Positions 1 through 8,335 of a stretch of 25,500 nt of DNA are shown here, in pieces. Within the stretch, counting starts at the first letter, position 1; each line of letters begins with the position of its first letter. The stretch lies in NCBI GenBank assembly GCA_964527575.1, contig CAZGQH010000001.1, positions 1 to 25,500 of the forward strand. Reading direction: 5' to 3'. The translations under genes were made by a program, and so were the position numbers. Under the pieces are notes generated by a model. It made no database searches. It saw nothing but the letters and a program-made list of their open reading frames with translations, and was not told where the DNA came from. Origin of the DNA: an uncultured Lachnospiraceae bacterium (GTDB lineage: Bacteria > Bacillota > Clostridia > Oscillospirales > CAG-272).

Positions 1-329
1 CACCACTCGGCCATCAAAATGCAGTCCCGGTAGTCGTAAAACCCGATCGATTCGAGATCCTCCTCGCCATCGATCCGGTACATATCAAAATGGCAGAGCC
101 GGCCGCTTCCCTCTCCGTACTCATTGACCACGGTGTAGGTAGGGCTCGCTACATCGTAGCCGGGAGCCAGGAGTGCAGCCGCCCCCCGCACAAAGGCGGT
201 CTTTCCGGCGCCGAGATCGCCGTACATCGCCACAAAATCTCCCGCCTTCAACTGGGAGGCCAGCAGCATCCCCGCCGACTCGGTCTCTTTCTCGCTGTGG
301 GAAAGAATCCGAAACAGAAGCTTACCCAT
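1..329 (-). CDS. tsaE: tRNA threonylcarbamoyladenosine biosynthesis ATPase TsaE (YjeE), 3' end truncated by the window edge; absent from the ORF track
   Basis: Manual translation from ATG at 329: MGKLLFRILSHSEKETESAGMLLASQLKAGDFVAMYGDLGAGKTAFVRGAAALL...ASPTYTVVNEY...LCHFDMYRIDGEEDLESIGFYDY...MAEW. Contains Walker A GDLGAGKT and the TsaE motifs SPTY, HFDMYR and EW. GGAGG RBS at 336-340. Confidence 0.93.
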   Translation of the reverse strand, partial: MGKLLFRILSHSEKETESAGMLLASQLKAGDFVAMYGDLGAGKTAFVRGAAALLAPGYDVASPTYTVVNEYGEGSGRLCHFDMYRIDGEEDLESIGFYDYRDCILMAEW

Positions 330-372
330 ACACATCCTCCGTCTTTCTATTACAGTCACCTGTTACCCTGCC

Positions 373-401
373 AGTATAGCACAGAAACGAGAAAAAAGCA
401 A
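373..401 (-). promoter_or_regulatory. sigmaA-type promoter for tsaE
   Basis: Minus strand TTGCTT-17 nt-TATACT with an extended -10 (TGC-TATACT), about 45 nt upstream of the tsaE start. Confidence 0.6.
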
Positions 402-466
402 TCGTTTCGCCATACTTCCTGTAAACATAGCAAGGCAGACACGCTTCGATAGCGACGACTTCTGCC

Positions 467-1711
467 TTACCGGTCAAAATAATAATTCCGATAATTCTTG
501 TAATGGGAGAGATAAAAACGGGTGATGCGTGCAAAACGCCGGATCGAAAAGTCATTCTTGTCATACAAGGTATAGAGGCAGTGCCGCGAAAGCTCCCGAA
601 TCTCCCGAGAGAGTTCCCGATCCTTCACATACTTGCGAAGCACCCCCTTCGGCACATTCGACCACATGCCCCCGGCCTTGCCGAACAGCACTGCATGTTC
701 CCTTCCGAAGACCACGCTTTCGATCATCTCTTCCATCATATTGATTCCGGCAGCCCGGACGAAAAAAGAGGATCGCCCCAGGCGGGGATTGATCTCAAAC
801 ATCAGATAGCGCCCGGTCTTCGCGTCATACTTCATGTCGATATTCGAAAAACCCCGGTAACCGATGGCGTTGAGAAAAGCTTCGATCTTTCGGTAGAGCG
901 CTTCCTCACTGCGGGGCAGAATCGCTGCATAATTGCCGAGCGTATAGGGGGCATATTCCTCCAGCACCGGCTGTCCCAGCGCCGAGACCCGCAGAATTCC
1001 CTCGTTATCCGAAAAGCTGTTGATCACCCGCATAGCGCTGTCCGGCCCCTCGATATATTCCTGCAGAATCAGCTTGCCGCCATAGCCCGCCTTGTCGAGA
1101 GCCTCCGCTACCCGGCGGTATTCCTCACGCGAGGCGAGAAAATAGACCTTTTTCTTACCCTCAAACTGGCAGTGCAGATATTCGTAGGCATTGCTGTTCT
1201 CAGGCTTTAGGATAATGGGATAGGAAAAGGGCAGGTCATCCCCGCCTGTCACACGTCCCTCCTTCTCCACCACCACGGTTTTCGGATAGTCCAGCCCGTG
1301 TTTCTCGCAAAGGGCGTAAAACTTATCCTTCGTCTCGAAGGAGGAAAGCAGCGCAGGATCGGGAAAGGCATTTGCCACAAGCCCCTCAAAACGGTCATAA
1401 TTCTTCGCCATCAGCGCCGCATAATAGTCCGAGCAAGCCACAACCACCAGCTTCTCATATTCGGCCGAGGCTTCCCGCAAAACCGAGAGCAGCGAAGGCA
1501 CAAAGATCTCCTCCCGGTCAAAATCCTCAAAAAGCCTACAGTCAAACAGCCGGCTGTATCGCGTGGGCGTCAAAAGCCTCTTGCAGACAAGAAGCGGCTT
1601 CACATCGTACTTCTCCCGGATCAGGCGCACATCGCCATAGGCGTTTTCATCGCTGCCCAAAATGATCGGCAAAAACTTTTTCTTCATCACAGATTCTTTA
1701 TCGGATGTCAT
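467..1711 (-). CDS. ATP-grasp carboxylate-amine ligase, D-aspartate ligase (Aslfm-like)
   Basis: Motifs recalled from enterococcal D-aspartate ligase run along the whole length: FLPIILGSDENAYG, TPTRYS, KDKFYALCEKHGLDYPKT, YPIILKPENS, QFEGKKK, LILQEYIEGPDSAMRV, GNYAAILP, GYRGFSNIDMKYD, FEINPRLGRSSFFV. Start placed at ATG 1711 (AGGA-containing RBS upstream); ATG 1687 is an alternative. Confidence 0.8.
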   Translation of the reverse strand: MTSDKESVMKKKFLPIILGSDENAYGDVRLIREKYDVKPLLVCKRLLTPTRYSRLFDCRLFEDFDREEIFVPSLLSVLREASAEYEKLVVVACSDYYAALMAKNYDRFEGLVANAFPDPALLSSFETKDKFYALCEKHGLDYPKTVVVEKEGRVTGGDDLPFSYPIILKPENSNAYEYLHCQFEGKKKVYFLASREEYRRVAEALDKAGYGGKLILQEYIEGPDSAMRVINSFSDNEGILRVSALGQPVLEEYAPYTLGNYAAILPRSEEALYRKIEAFLNAIGYRGFSNIDMKYDAKTGRYLMFEINPRLGRSSFFVRAAGINMMEEMIESVVFGREHAVLFGKAGGMWSNVPKGVLRKYVKDRELSREIRELSRHCLYTLYDKNDFSIRRFARITRFYLSHYKNYRNYYFDR

Positions 1712-1725
1712 CCCAATCCTTCTCC

Positions 1726-3300
1726 TCACAGACTGACCGCTTCTTTTTCGACCCTCGACCCTGCTTCACATGCATCAAGGCAGTGTGCAACCACCGCCTC
1801 GTCCCCTTCGTAATAGACCGCCCCGTAGGCCATCTTCTGTTCGGTCTCGCAGCCTTTGCCGCAGACGAGAATCAGACCGCCCTCTTTTTCAAGAAGCGAA
1901 AAGGCCGCCGCAATCGCATCCGCCCGAGGAAGGAGGATCTGGCAGTCCGCCCCACCGAGAGTCACATAAGGGGCGATCTCGCGGCAGATATCTTCTGCCT
2001 CCTCCGGACCGGGATCGTCTTCGGTCAGAATCACATGATCGACCCGTTCCCCCGCAACAAGCCCCATGTCCCGCCGCCGATTCTTCGCCTTCCCTCCGGG
2101 ACAGCCGAAAACCAGCACCTTCTTTTTACCGGGAAACTGCTCGTCCGCAAGATCCAGCAAAGCCTCCAGGCTCATCTTGTTGTGGGCATAGTCCACCAGC
2201 ACCGAAAGCGAGCGGTCCCGCGTTGTAAAGCATCTGCCCCGCCCGGGCACCGAAGCCCGGGCAAGACCCGCTGCCATAGAAGTGGGGGGGATGTTCAGCG
2301 CATAGGCAAGTGCCAGTGCCCCCAGGGCATTGGCGAGATTATAGCGCCCGGGAAGGGGCAGAGAGAAGCGATGTTCTTCTCCGGCAAAGAATACGGTAAA
2401 CTCACAGCCCGTCTCGGAAAACTCCGCTTCGCTGCAAAAGAGATCGTCCTCCTTCCGCCAGCCAAAGGTGATAAGCGAACAGCCGCAGGAAAGAGCCTTC
2501 TTATGTATTTTCTCGAAGTATTCGGCGCCCGAGAAAACACAGGCCGTTTTGGCATTTTCAAAGATCTTCAGCTTTGAGGCAAAATAGTCTTCAAAATTCG
2601 GGTGCTCCCGGTCGCTGATATGATCCTCCCCGATATTTAAAAAGGCCACCGCTTCAAAGTCAATTCCGGAAACTCGGTGATATTTCAGTGCCTGACTGGA
2701 CACCTCACAAACCGCAAAAGGAAGGTGGTTTCGTCCCGCCGCCGCCAGGCGCTGCCAGAGAGGGATTGCCTCCGGCGTGGTGAGCTGCGCCTTCTCTTCC
2801 CGCTCCCCGTCGTAGACTGAAAGCGACGAGATATGCGCATTGCGACGGCATCCTTGTTTTGCCGTATAGTCATCCAAAATTTCGCTCAGAAGAACCGACA
2901 CCGTGGTTTTCCCCTTGGTTCCGGTGATTCCCACCTTGCGGACAGGCCGAGCTTCCTCCCCATAAAAGACGCGGGCCGCAATCGCCATCGCAAGGCGGAT
3001 ATCCCGCACAATCAGACAGGGGGCATCGACATAGCCGGCATAGCGCTCCTCCGCCATATAGAGAAGCGCCCCTTTCTCCAGAGCGGAAAAAAGATACTCC
3101 CGCCGGAATGCCGCTCCCTTACAGACAAAGAGGAAGCCCGGCTTCACCTGACGGTTGTCGAAGGAGATACCGGTGATCGCCCCCTGCGGAATACCGACCG
3201 TTTCTTCGGGAATCTCGACCGTTCCTTGCGGCAGATCGGCTTCGATCAAAAGCCCCGCCTCTTCCAGCGCCTCGGCGATTGTCTTCGGAAAACAAACCAT
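1726..3300 (-). CDS. murE: Mur ligase, MurE family (UDP-MurNAc-Ala-Glu:diamino acid ligase), probably not meso-DAP-specific
   Basis: N-terminal DNRQVKPGFLFVCKG, P-loop GITGTKGKTT, LTTPE, EVSSQAL, FLNIGEDHISDREH, YFASKLKIF, VDYAHN, GKGCE. The specificity loop reads DDPG. ATG at 3300 follows an AAGGGGG RBS. Confidence 0.85.
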   Translation of the reverse strand: MVCFPKTIAEALEEAGLLIEADLPQGTVEIPEETVGIPQGAITGISFDNRQVKPGFLFVCKGAAFRREYLFSALEKGALLYMAEERYAGYVDAPCLIVRDIRLAMAIAARVFYGEEARPVRKVGITGTKGKTTVSVLLSEILDDYTAKQGCRRNAHISSLSVYDGEREEKAQLTTPEAIPLWQRLAAAGRNHLPFAVCEVSSQALKYHRVSGIDFEAVAFLNIGEDHISDREHPNFEDYFASKLKIFENAKTACVFSGAEYFEKIHKKALSCGCSLITFGWRKEDDLFCSEAEFSETGCEFTVFFAGEEHRFSLPLPGRYNLANALGALALAYALNIPPTSMAAGLARASVPGRGRCFTTRDRSLSVLVDYAHNKMSLEALLDLADEQFPGKKKVLVFGCPGGKAKNRRRDMGLVAGERVDHVILTEDDPGPEEAEDICREIAPYVTLGGADCQILLPRADAIAAAFSLLEKEGGLILVCGKGCETEQKMAYGAVYYEGDEAVVAHCLDACEAGSRVEKEAVSL

Positions 3301-3312
3301 CAAAACGCCCCC

Positions 3313-4716
3313 TTATTTCACAAAAATCTTCATGGCGTCAAAGATACTCTTCACCGGCAGATACTGCACATCTGGGAAAAGCTCGCCGGTCTTTTTCAGC
3401 TGCTCATAGTTCTTATAGGGCAAAACCACCGTGGTAAAGCCGAGCTTTGCCGCCTCCTTAATGCGAAGCCCGGCGGCGTCCACGCCCCGGCACTCGCCGG
3501 CCAGCCCCACCTCGCCGAAGGCAAGCAGCGAATCGGCCAGCGGAATATCCTTGATTCCCGAGATCAGAGCCAGCGCCATGGCCAGATCGGCGGCAGGCTC
3601 GTCCGGCCGGATACCGCCTATCACATTGACATAGGTATCGACCGTCGAAAACCGAAGTCCCAGCCGCTTCTCGAGAACCGCCAGCATCAGACAGAGCCGG
3701 TTGTAGTCCACCCCATCCGAAGTGCGCTTGGGAGAGGGATAGACGGTCTGGGCGGTAAGCGCCTGAATCTCGGTGACCAGCGGCCGCGTCCCCTCCAAAA
3801 GGCAGAGGGCGCAGTTGCCCGACACGCCCCGGGGCCGGTCGGCCAGAAAGACCTCCGAGGGGTTGTCCACCTCAAAAAGTCCCCGGTCGGTCATCTCAAA
3901 CACACCGATTTCGTTGGTGGCGCCGTAGCGGTTCTTGGAAGCGCGGATCACCCGATAGGCCTGCTGGCGCTCCCCTTCAAAGTTGATTACCGCGTCCACC
4001 ATATGCTCCAGCACCTTGGGACCGGCAATGCTTCCCTCTTTGTTCACATGTCCCACGATCAAAACCGACACACCGAAGTTCTTCGCCAGCGAGATGAAGC
4101 GCATGGCCGACTCCTTGACCTGAGTCACACTGCCGGGAGAAGAGGAAACACTGCTGCAGTACATGGTCTGCACCGAATCGACGATCAGATACTCCGGCTT
4201 CAGACGCTCGCACTCCGCAAGAATCTCCTCCACCTCGGTCTCGGTCATGATGTAGAGTTCTTCCCCCTCTACTCCGAGACGCTGGGCACGGTATTTGAGC
4301 TGACCGCCCGATTCCTCGCCCGAGACATACAGAACCCGCTTGTCCCGGCCTAAAACCCCCGAGATCTGCATCAGCAGCGTGGATTTGCCGATGCCGGGTT
4401 CCCCGGCAATCAAAAGCACCGAACCCTCCACAATGCCGCCGCCCAGTACCCGGTCAAGCTCCTTCATGCCGCTCTTCGAACGCATGTAGGCGGGCATTTC
4501 CAGTTCCCGATAGCGAACCGCCCGCGATTCGCCCCGCGGCAGAATGCGGGCGGCAGAGGATGCCGCCTTCGCCGCCGAGAGCGTCCCCGCCCTCACCTCC
4601 GGCTCGGGCTCCTGCTCCACGAAAGTCTCCCAGGCGCCGCAGGAGGGGCAGCGGCCGTAATACTTGGCCGACCGGTATTCACAGGCAGAACAGACATAAA
4701 AGGACTTGGCTTTCAT
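3313..4716 (-). CDS. radA: DNA repair protein RadA/Sms
   Basis: N-terminal C4 zinc finger (CSAC...GRCPSCGAW), Walker A GEPGIGKSTLL, YVSGEES, DSVQT, IVGHVNKEGSIAGPKVLEHMVD, KNRYG, and a Lon-like C-terminal domain. Confidence 0.97.
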   Translation of the reverse strand: MKAKSFYVCSACEYRSAKYYGRCPSCGAWETFVEQEPEPEVRAGTLSAAKAASSAARILPRGESRAVRYRELEMPAYMRSKSGMKELDRVLGGGIVEGSVLLIAGEPGIGKSTLLMQISGVLGRDKRVLYVSGEESGGQLKYRAQRLGVEGEELYIMTETEVEEILAECERLKPEYLIVDSVQTMYCSSVSSSPGSVTQVKESAMRFISLAKNFGVSVLIVGHVNKEGSIAGPKVLEHMVDAVINFEGERQQAYRVIRASKNRYGATNEIGVFEMTDRGLFEVDNPSEVFLADRPRGVSGNCALCLLEGTRPLVTEIQALTAQTVYPSPKRTSDGVDYNRLCLMLAVLEKRLGLRFSTVDTYVNVIGGIRPDEPAADLAMALALISGIKDIPLADSLLAFGEVGLAGECRGVDAAGLRIKEAAKLGFTTVVLPYKNYEQLKKTGELFPDVQYLPVKSIFDAMKIFVK

Positions 4717-4796
4717 CAATCAGAGTTCCTTTCTCATAAAACTCCCGCCCTCGCCTAGAGCCGGCAAAGGCATCGGAAAGGGATAAAGACGAGCGG

Positions 4797-5540
4797 TCAC
4801 CCGCCCGTCTTTTGACCCTCCAGATAGGAGAGAATCGCTTCGCAGAGAACACCCGCCATCCGCTCCCGGTAGTCGGCGCTGGCAAGGAGCGCTTCCTCGT
4901 AGGCATTGGAGAGAAAGCCGCACTCCACCAAAACCGCCGGCTTAGTGATCCGATGCAAGAGATAGATCGAGCTTCCCGCTTCTTTCATCGGACGTTTGTT
5001 TTCCGACTGAAGCTTCTCCACAATCGCTTTCTGCATCGTCTCAGCCAGAACGCGGCTCTCGGGGTGATTGGGGGAATAGTAAAAGGTCATTCCCTTCACC
5101 GAGGCGTCGGGAAATTTGTTCATGTGAATGCTGACAAAAAGGCAGTTTTCATTTTCCTCGGCGATCTTCAGCCGTGCCCGCAGATCGCCGTTTTTGGCGG
5201 AAGAAGCGCCCTCGGCGGTGAGCATCACATCCTCGCTGCGGGTCAGAAGGGTCTTCACCCCGGCCTTTTCCAGCGCCGCCGCAAGCTTCAGCGAGAGATC
5301 GAGGTTGAGCTCCTTCTCCAGCGTTCCCTTGACGCCCACAGCACCGCCGTCCATCCCCCCGTGTCCCGGGTCGATGATAACCGTCAGCTCTTTTTTCCCG
5401 TCTTCGTTATTGACAGACGAGGTCTTTGGTGCTACAATATTGCCAAGATAGGAAGAAAGCATAAAAATGCCGTAAGCCGCCGCCGCAAGAAGCGTGCAGG
5501 CGAACAAAATACAGAAAAATGCCTTGAGAAAAACTTTCAT
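4797..5540 (-). CDS. N-acetylmuramoyl-L-alanine amidase (Amidase_3), CwlD-like, with an N-terminal membrane anchor
   Basis: VIIDPGHGGMDGGA, LEKELNL, DLRARLKIAEE, FVSIHMN, PAVLVECGFLSN. Hydrophobic N-terminal segment. The CwlD assignment is an inference. Confidence 0.85.
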   Translation of the reverse strand: MKVFLKAFFCILFACTLLAAAAYGIFMLSSYLGNIVAPKTSSVNNEDGKKELTVIIDPGHGGMDGGAVGVKGTLEKELNLDLSLKLAAALEKAGVKTLLTRSEDVMLTAEGASSAKNGDLRARLKIAEENENCLFVSIHMNKFPDASVKGMTFYYSPNHPESRVLAETMQKAIVEKLQSENKRPMKEAGSSIYLLHRITKPAVLVECGFLSNAYEEALLASADYRERMAGVLCEAILSYLEGQKTGG

Positions 5541-5565
5541 AGGTCACCCGTTCCTCGTTTTTTTC

Positions 5566-5595
5566 ATGTATATGCCGCCAAAAGCCGGTTTATTT
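5566..5595 (-). promoter_or_regulatory. possible sporulation (sigmaE-like) promoter upstream of the amidase
   Basis: Minus strand AAATAAA-14 nt-CATATACAT, resembling the sigmaE pattern (ATA-type -35, about 14 nt, CATA..T -10). It sits inside a 12-bp inverted repeat, TTCCTCGTTTTT (5551-5562) / AAAAACGAGGAA (5598-5609). Confidence 0.3.
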
Positions 5596-5627
5596 TGAAA
5601 AACGAGGAAACCGAGTGAAATTATCGC

Positions 5628-6236
5628 TCAGGAATAACGCTTTGTGCCGGAATCCTTTCCGCCCTTCCTGAAAAAGCCGTCCTTGAATTTCACGCCGAAA
5701 AGATAGGATATCCCGGCCACAAGAATGGCAGGCAGCGGCAGAAGCGCCACCAAAATACTGTTGCCCGGAGAAAGCGTCTGAATCACACCGGTATACATCG
5801 CCTGAATGAAGCGGGCGATCAGATTGCAAACCCCATAGCCCGAACGCGCCCATGCGGGCGAGTAGAGGATTTCGGGGTCAAGCTCCCCGGTAAGCGAAAC
5901 GCCCATGATTAGACGGAAGATCACCGCCAGAATGCCGAGCAGCAGATTGAGTGAATTGGCCGCCAGTCCCACCAGAAAGAAACGCATGGGACGCGGGGAA
6001 ATCCTGCCTGCCTCGATGCGGATACCGTCCTTCTGTCCGTTCTCATAGCCCACCGTGAACACCAGATAAAGATAAAAGAGAATGCAGAAAACCGACGAGG
6101 CGGGAAAAAGCCAGCCCGCTTTGTTGGTGCTTCCTCCCGTCGCAAAGGCGGTAACCAAACCCATAATCATCAGACCCAGCTGAAAGACGATCAGCTTGAC
6201 GATGAGATAGGAATTTTCCTTAAAAAATTTTTTCAT
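5628..6236 (-). CDS. hypothetical integral membrane protein, about 4-5 TM helices
   Basis: 202-aa ORF with several hydrophobic stretches, an AAGGA RBS and a matching upstream promoter. No family recognised. Confidence 0.7.
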   Translation of the reverse strand: MKKFFKENSYLIVKLIVFQLGLMIMGLVTAFATGGSTNKAGWLFPASSVFCILFYLYLVFTVGYENGQKDGIRIEAGRISPRPMRFFLVGLAANSLNLLLGILAVIFRLIMGVSLTGELDPEILYSPAWARSGYGVCNLIARFIQAMYTGVIQTLSPGNSILVALLPLPAILVAGISYLFGVKFKDGFFRKGGKDSGTKRYS

Positions 6237-6312
6237 TTTCGCATCCTTTCAAACAAGGGAAACTTCCCCGGCCAAACAGAAAAAAACTCGCTTGTGCCGG
6301 ATAGACAGCTTC

Positions 6313-6341
6313 ATTATATACCAAATCGCCGGCGAATGCAA
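6313..6341 (-). promoter_or_regulatory. sigmaA-type promoter at the head of the membrane protein/amidase/radA/murE/D-Asp ligase gene string
   Basis: Minus strand TTGCAT-17 nt-TATAAT. Confidence 0.6.
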
Positions 6342-6388
6342 CCGCATTTTTCGTTTTTCATCCGATATTCATAAAAGGAGTCTCCGCC

Positions 6389-7417
6389 ATGAACGACAGC
6401 CCTCAGCTTGTCCGGGATTTTGTCACCTATAAGCTCTCGATACAGAACCGCTCCCCAAAGACCGTCGAGCAGTACGAGCTCGATCTCGTCATCTTCTTCC
6501 GCTTCCTTGTCGCCAAGGAACAGGGTCTTCCCACCCTCGGCGAGGAATTCGACAAGATCGATATTTCCGCGATCGACATCGATTTTATCCGGAAAATCCG
6601 TGAAGAGGACATCTACGAGTTCTTTCACTATGTCACCAAGGAGCGGGAGAACAAGGCGCGCTCCCGGGCGCGGAAGCTCTCCTCGCTGAAAACCTTTTTC
6701 CGTTATCTCGAGGTGACGAAAAAGCTCATCGACAAAAATCCCGCCTTAAATATCGAATCGCCCGGCGTCAAGCGGGCACTTCCGAAGTTCCTCAGCTTAG
6801 AGGAGAGCCTCACCCTTTTGGAAACGGTGGAAAAGGACACCGAGTCGGACAGCCGCACCCGGGACTTTGCCATTGTGACCCTCTTTCTCAACTGCGGCAT
6901 GCGGCTTTCGGAGCTCTGCGGCATCAACTTAAACGATATCGACAGCGAGCTACGCTCGTTGCGGGTGCTGGGCAAGGGTGCCAAGGAGCGGATCATCTAT
7001 CTGAACGACGCCTGCCGGGAGGCTTTGAAGGTCTGGATAGATGACCGCCAAAATCTGACCATCAAGGACAAAAACGCCCTCTTTATCTCCCGGCTCGGAA
7101 AGCGCATCAGCAATAAGACGGTGCAGTGGATGATCTACAAATACCTCGACCGGGCGGGGCTGGGCAACCGGCACCTCTCGGTCCATAAGCTCCGCCACAC
7201 CGCCGCCACCCTCATGTATCAGGAGGGCGGCGTGGATGTACTGGTGTTAAAGGACATCCTCGGCCACGAACAGCTGAATACCACCCAGATCTACACCCAT
7301 GTGAGCAACCGCCAGCTGGAAGAAGCCATTGACAAAAATCCGCTGGCGAAAAAAAAGGCCGACTTCCGCCCCAAAGAAGAAAAAGATATCCCCGAAGAAG
7401 AGAACGAAGAGGAATAA
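6389..7417 (+). CDS. xerC: tyrosine recombinase, XerC/XerD-like housekeeping type
   Basis: N-terminal SAM-like domain (RARKLSSLKTFFRYL) and catalytic residues in RDFAIVTLFLNCGMRLSEL, GKGAKER, HKLRHTAAT, LGHEQLNTTQIY. Flanked by housekeeping genes. AAGGAG RBS. Confidence 0.8.
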   Translation: MNDSPQLVRDFVTYKLSIQNRSPKTVEQYELDLVIFFRFLVAKEQGLPTLGEEFDKIDISAIDIDFIRKIREEDIYEFFHYVTKERENKARSRARKLSSLKTFFRYLEVTKKLIDKNPALNIESPGVKRALPKFLSLEESLTLLETVEKDTESDSRTRDFAIVTLFLNCGMRLSELCGINLNDIDSELRSLRVLGKGAKERIIYLNDACREALKVWIDDRQNLTIKDKNALFISRLGKRISNKTVQWMIYKYLDRAGLGNRHLSVHKLRHTAATLMYQEGGVDVLVLKDILGHEQLNTTQIYTHVSNRQLEEAIDKNPLAKKKADFRPKEEKDIPEEENEEE

Positions 7418-7419
7418 CC

Positions 7420-7465
7420 AAAGGACCGCCCGGAACGGCATGAAACCGTTCCGGGCGGTCCTTTT
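7420..7465. terminator. bidirectional intrinsic terminator between the convergent xerC and proC
   Basis: Perfect 19-bp inverted repeat AAAGGACCGCCCGGAACGG / CCGTTCCGGGCGGTCCTTT with a 7-nt loop. Confidence 0.85.
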
Positions 7466-7476
7466 GACGACAAACC

Positions 7477-8274
7477 TTATTGCAGCTCCTTCGTCCGCCG
7501 GTAGGCGGCCAGAACCGCGTCCATGACCGCTCCCCGCAGCCCCCCTCTTTCCAGAGCATGCACCCCCGCGATGGTGGTTCCGCCGGGACTGCAGACCGCA
7601 TCCTTCAGGTCCCCGATATGGCCGAAGGTTTCAATCATCTTTCCTGTCCCGACAAGCGTCTCTGCCGCATAGAGAAGAGCCTTTTCTCGGGTGAGGCCGC
7701 ACTCCACCCCCGCGTCGGCCAGCGCCTCGGCAAAGAGACAGACAAAGGCCGGCCCACAGCCCGACAGGGCGCTGGCGGCGTCGATCTTTTCTTCTTCAAT
7801 CTCGTCCAGCCGTCCGGCCGCCGAAAAGAAATCGACAAAATCCGCTTTATCCGAAGAGGACACCCCATCACAGGCGAACTGGATCATCCCCTCCCCGACC
7901 CGTACCGGCGTGTTGGGCATGATGCGGATCAGCGGGCGGCCAGAGTCTTCCAGCATCGCCCGCAGCGAAGCAAGCGATAAACCCGCCGCCATACTGACCA
8001 GCACCGCGTCCGGATTCTTATCAAACGCCTCTTTCAGAGAGGCCAGCGTCTCCGCCGCCATCTGAGGCTTGACCCCTAAAATCACAAAACGGCTGTTTGA
8101 AACCACCGTATCCGCATCGGAAGCCACAACGCCAAAGTTTTCCTGCAAGCGCTCGCATTTGGAGAAATCCCGGTCACAAACCGCAATCGTTTCTCCGCAA
8201 AGGCGCTTGGCAGCCGCTTCTGCCAGCGCGCCGCCCATATTGCCGACACCGACAAAACCCAAGGTATAGCTCAT
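7477..8274 (-). CDS. proC: pyrroline-5-carboxylate reductase
   Basis: Rossmann motif GFVGVGNMG, LGVKPQ, IRIMPNTP, SGCGPAFV, LKDAVCSPGGTTIAG. Confidence 0.97.
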   Translation of the reverse strand: MSYTLGFVGVGNMGGALAEAAAKRLCGETIAVCDRDFSKCERLQENFGVVASDADTVVSNSRFVILGVKPQMAAETLASLKEAFDKNPDAVLVSMAAGLSLASLRAMLEDSGRPLIRIMPNTPVRVGEGMIQFACDGVSSSDKADFVDFFSAAGRLDEIEEEKIDAASALSGCGPAFVCLFAEALADAGVECGLTREKALLYAAETLVGTGKMIETFGHIGDLKDAVCSPGGTTIAGVHALERGGLRGAVMDAVLAAYRRTKELQ

Positions 8275-8335
8275 CTTCTGTCTCCTCTTTTTGAAATCAT
8301 GATCGGTTATCTTCTGACATATCCCCAGCAGGCCC

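Noticed and set aside
6389-7417. Tyrosine recombinase as a prophage/ICE integrase or as the invertase of a phase-variable hsdS locus
   Set aside because: It is flanked by housekeeping genes and lies more than 12 kb from hsdS. There is only one hsdS, with no silent copies or long inverted repeats, and no att-like repeats were seen.
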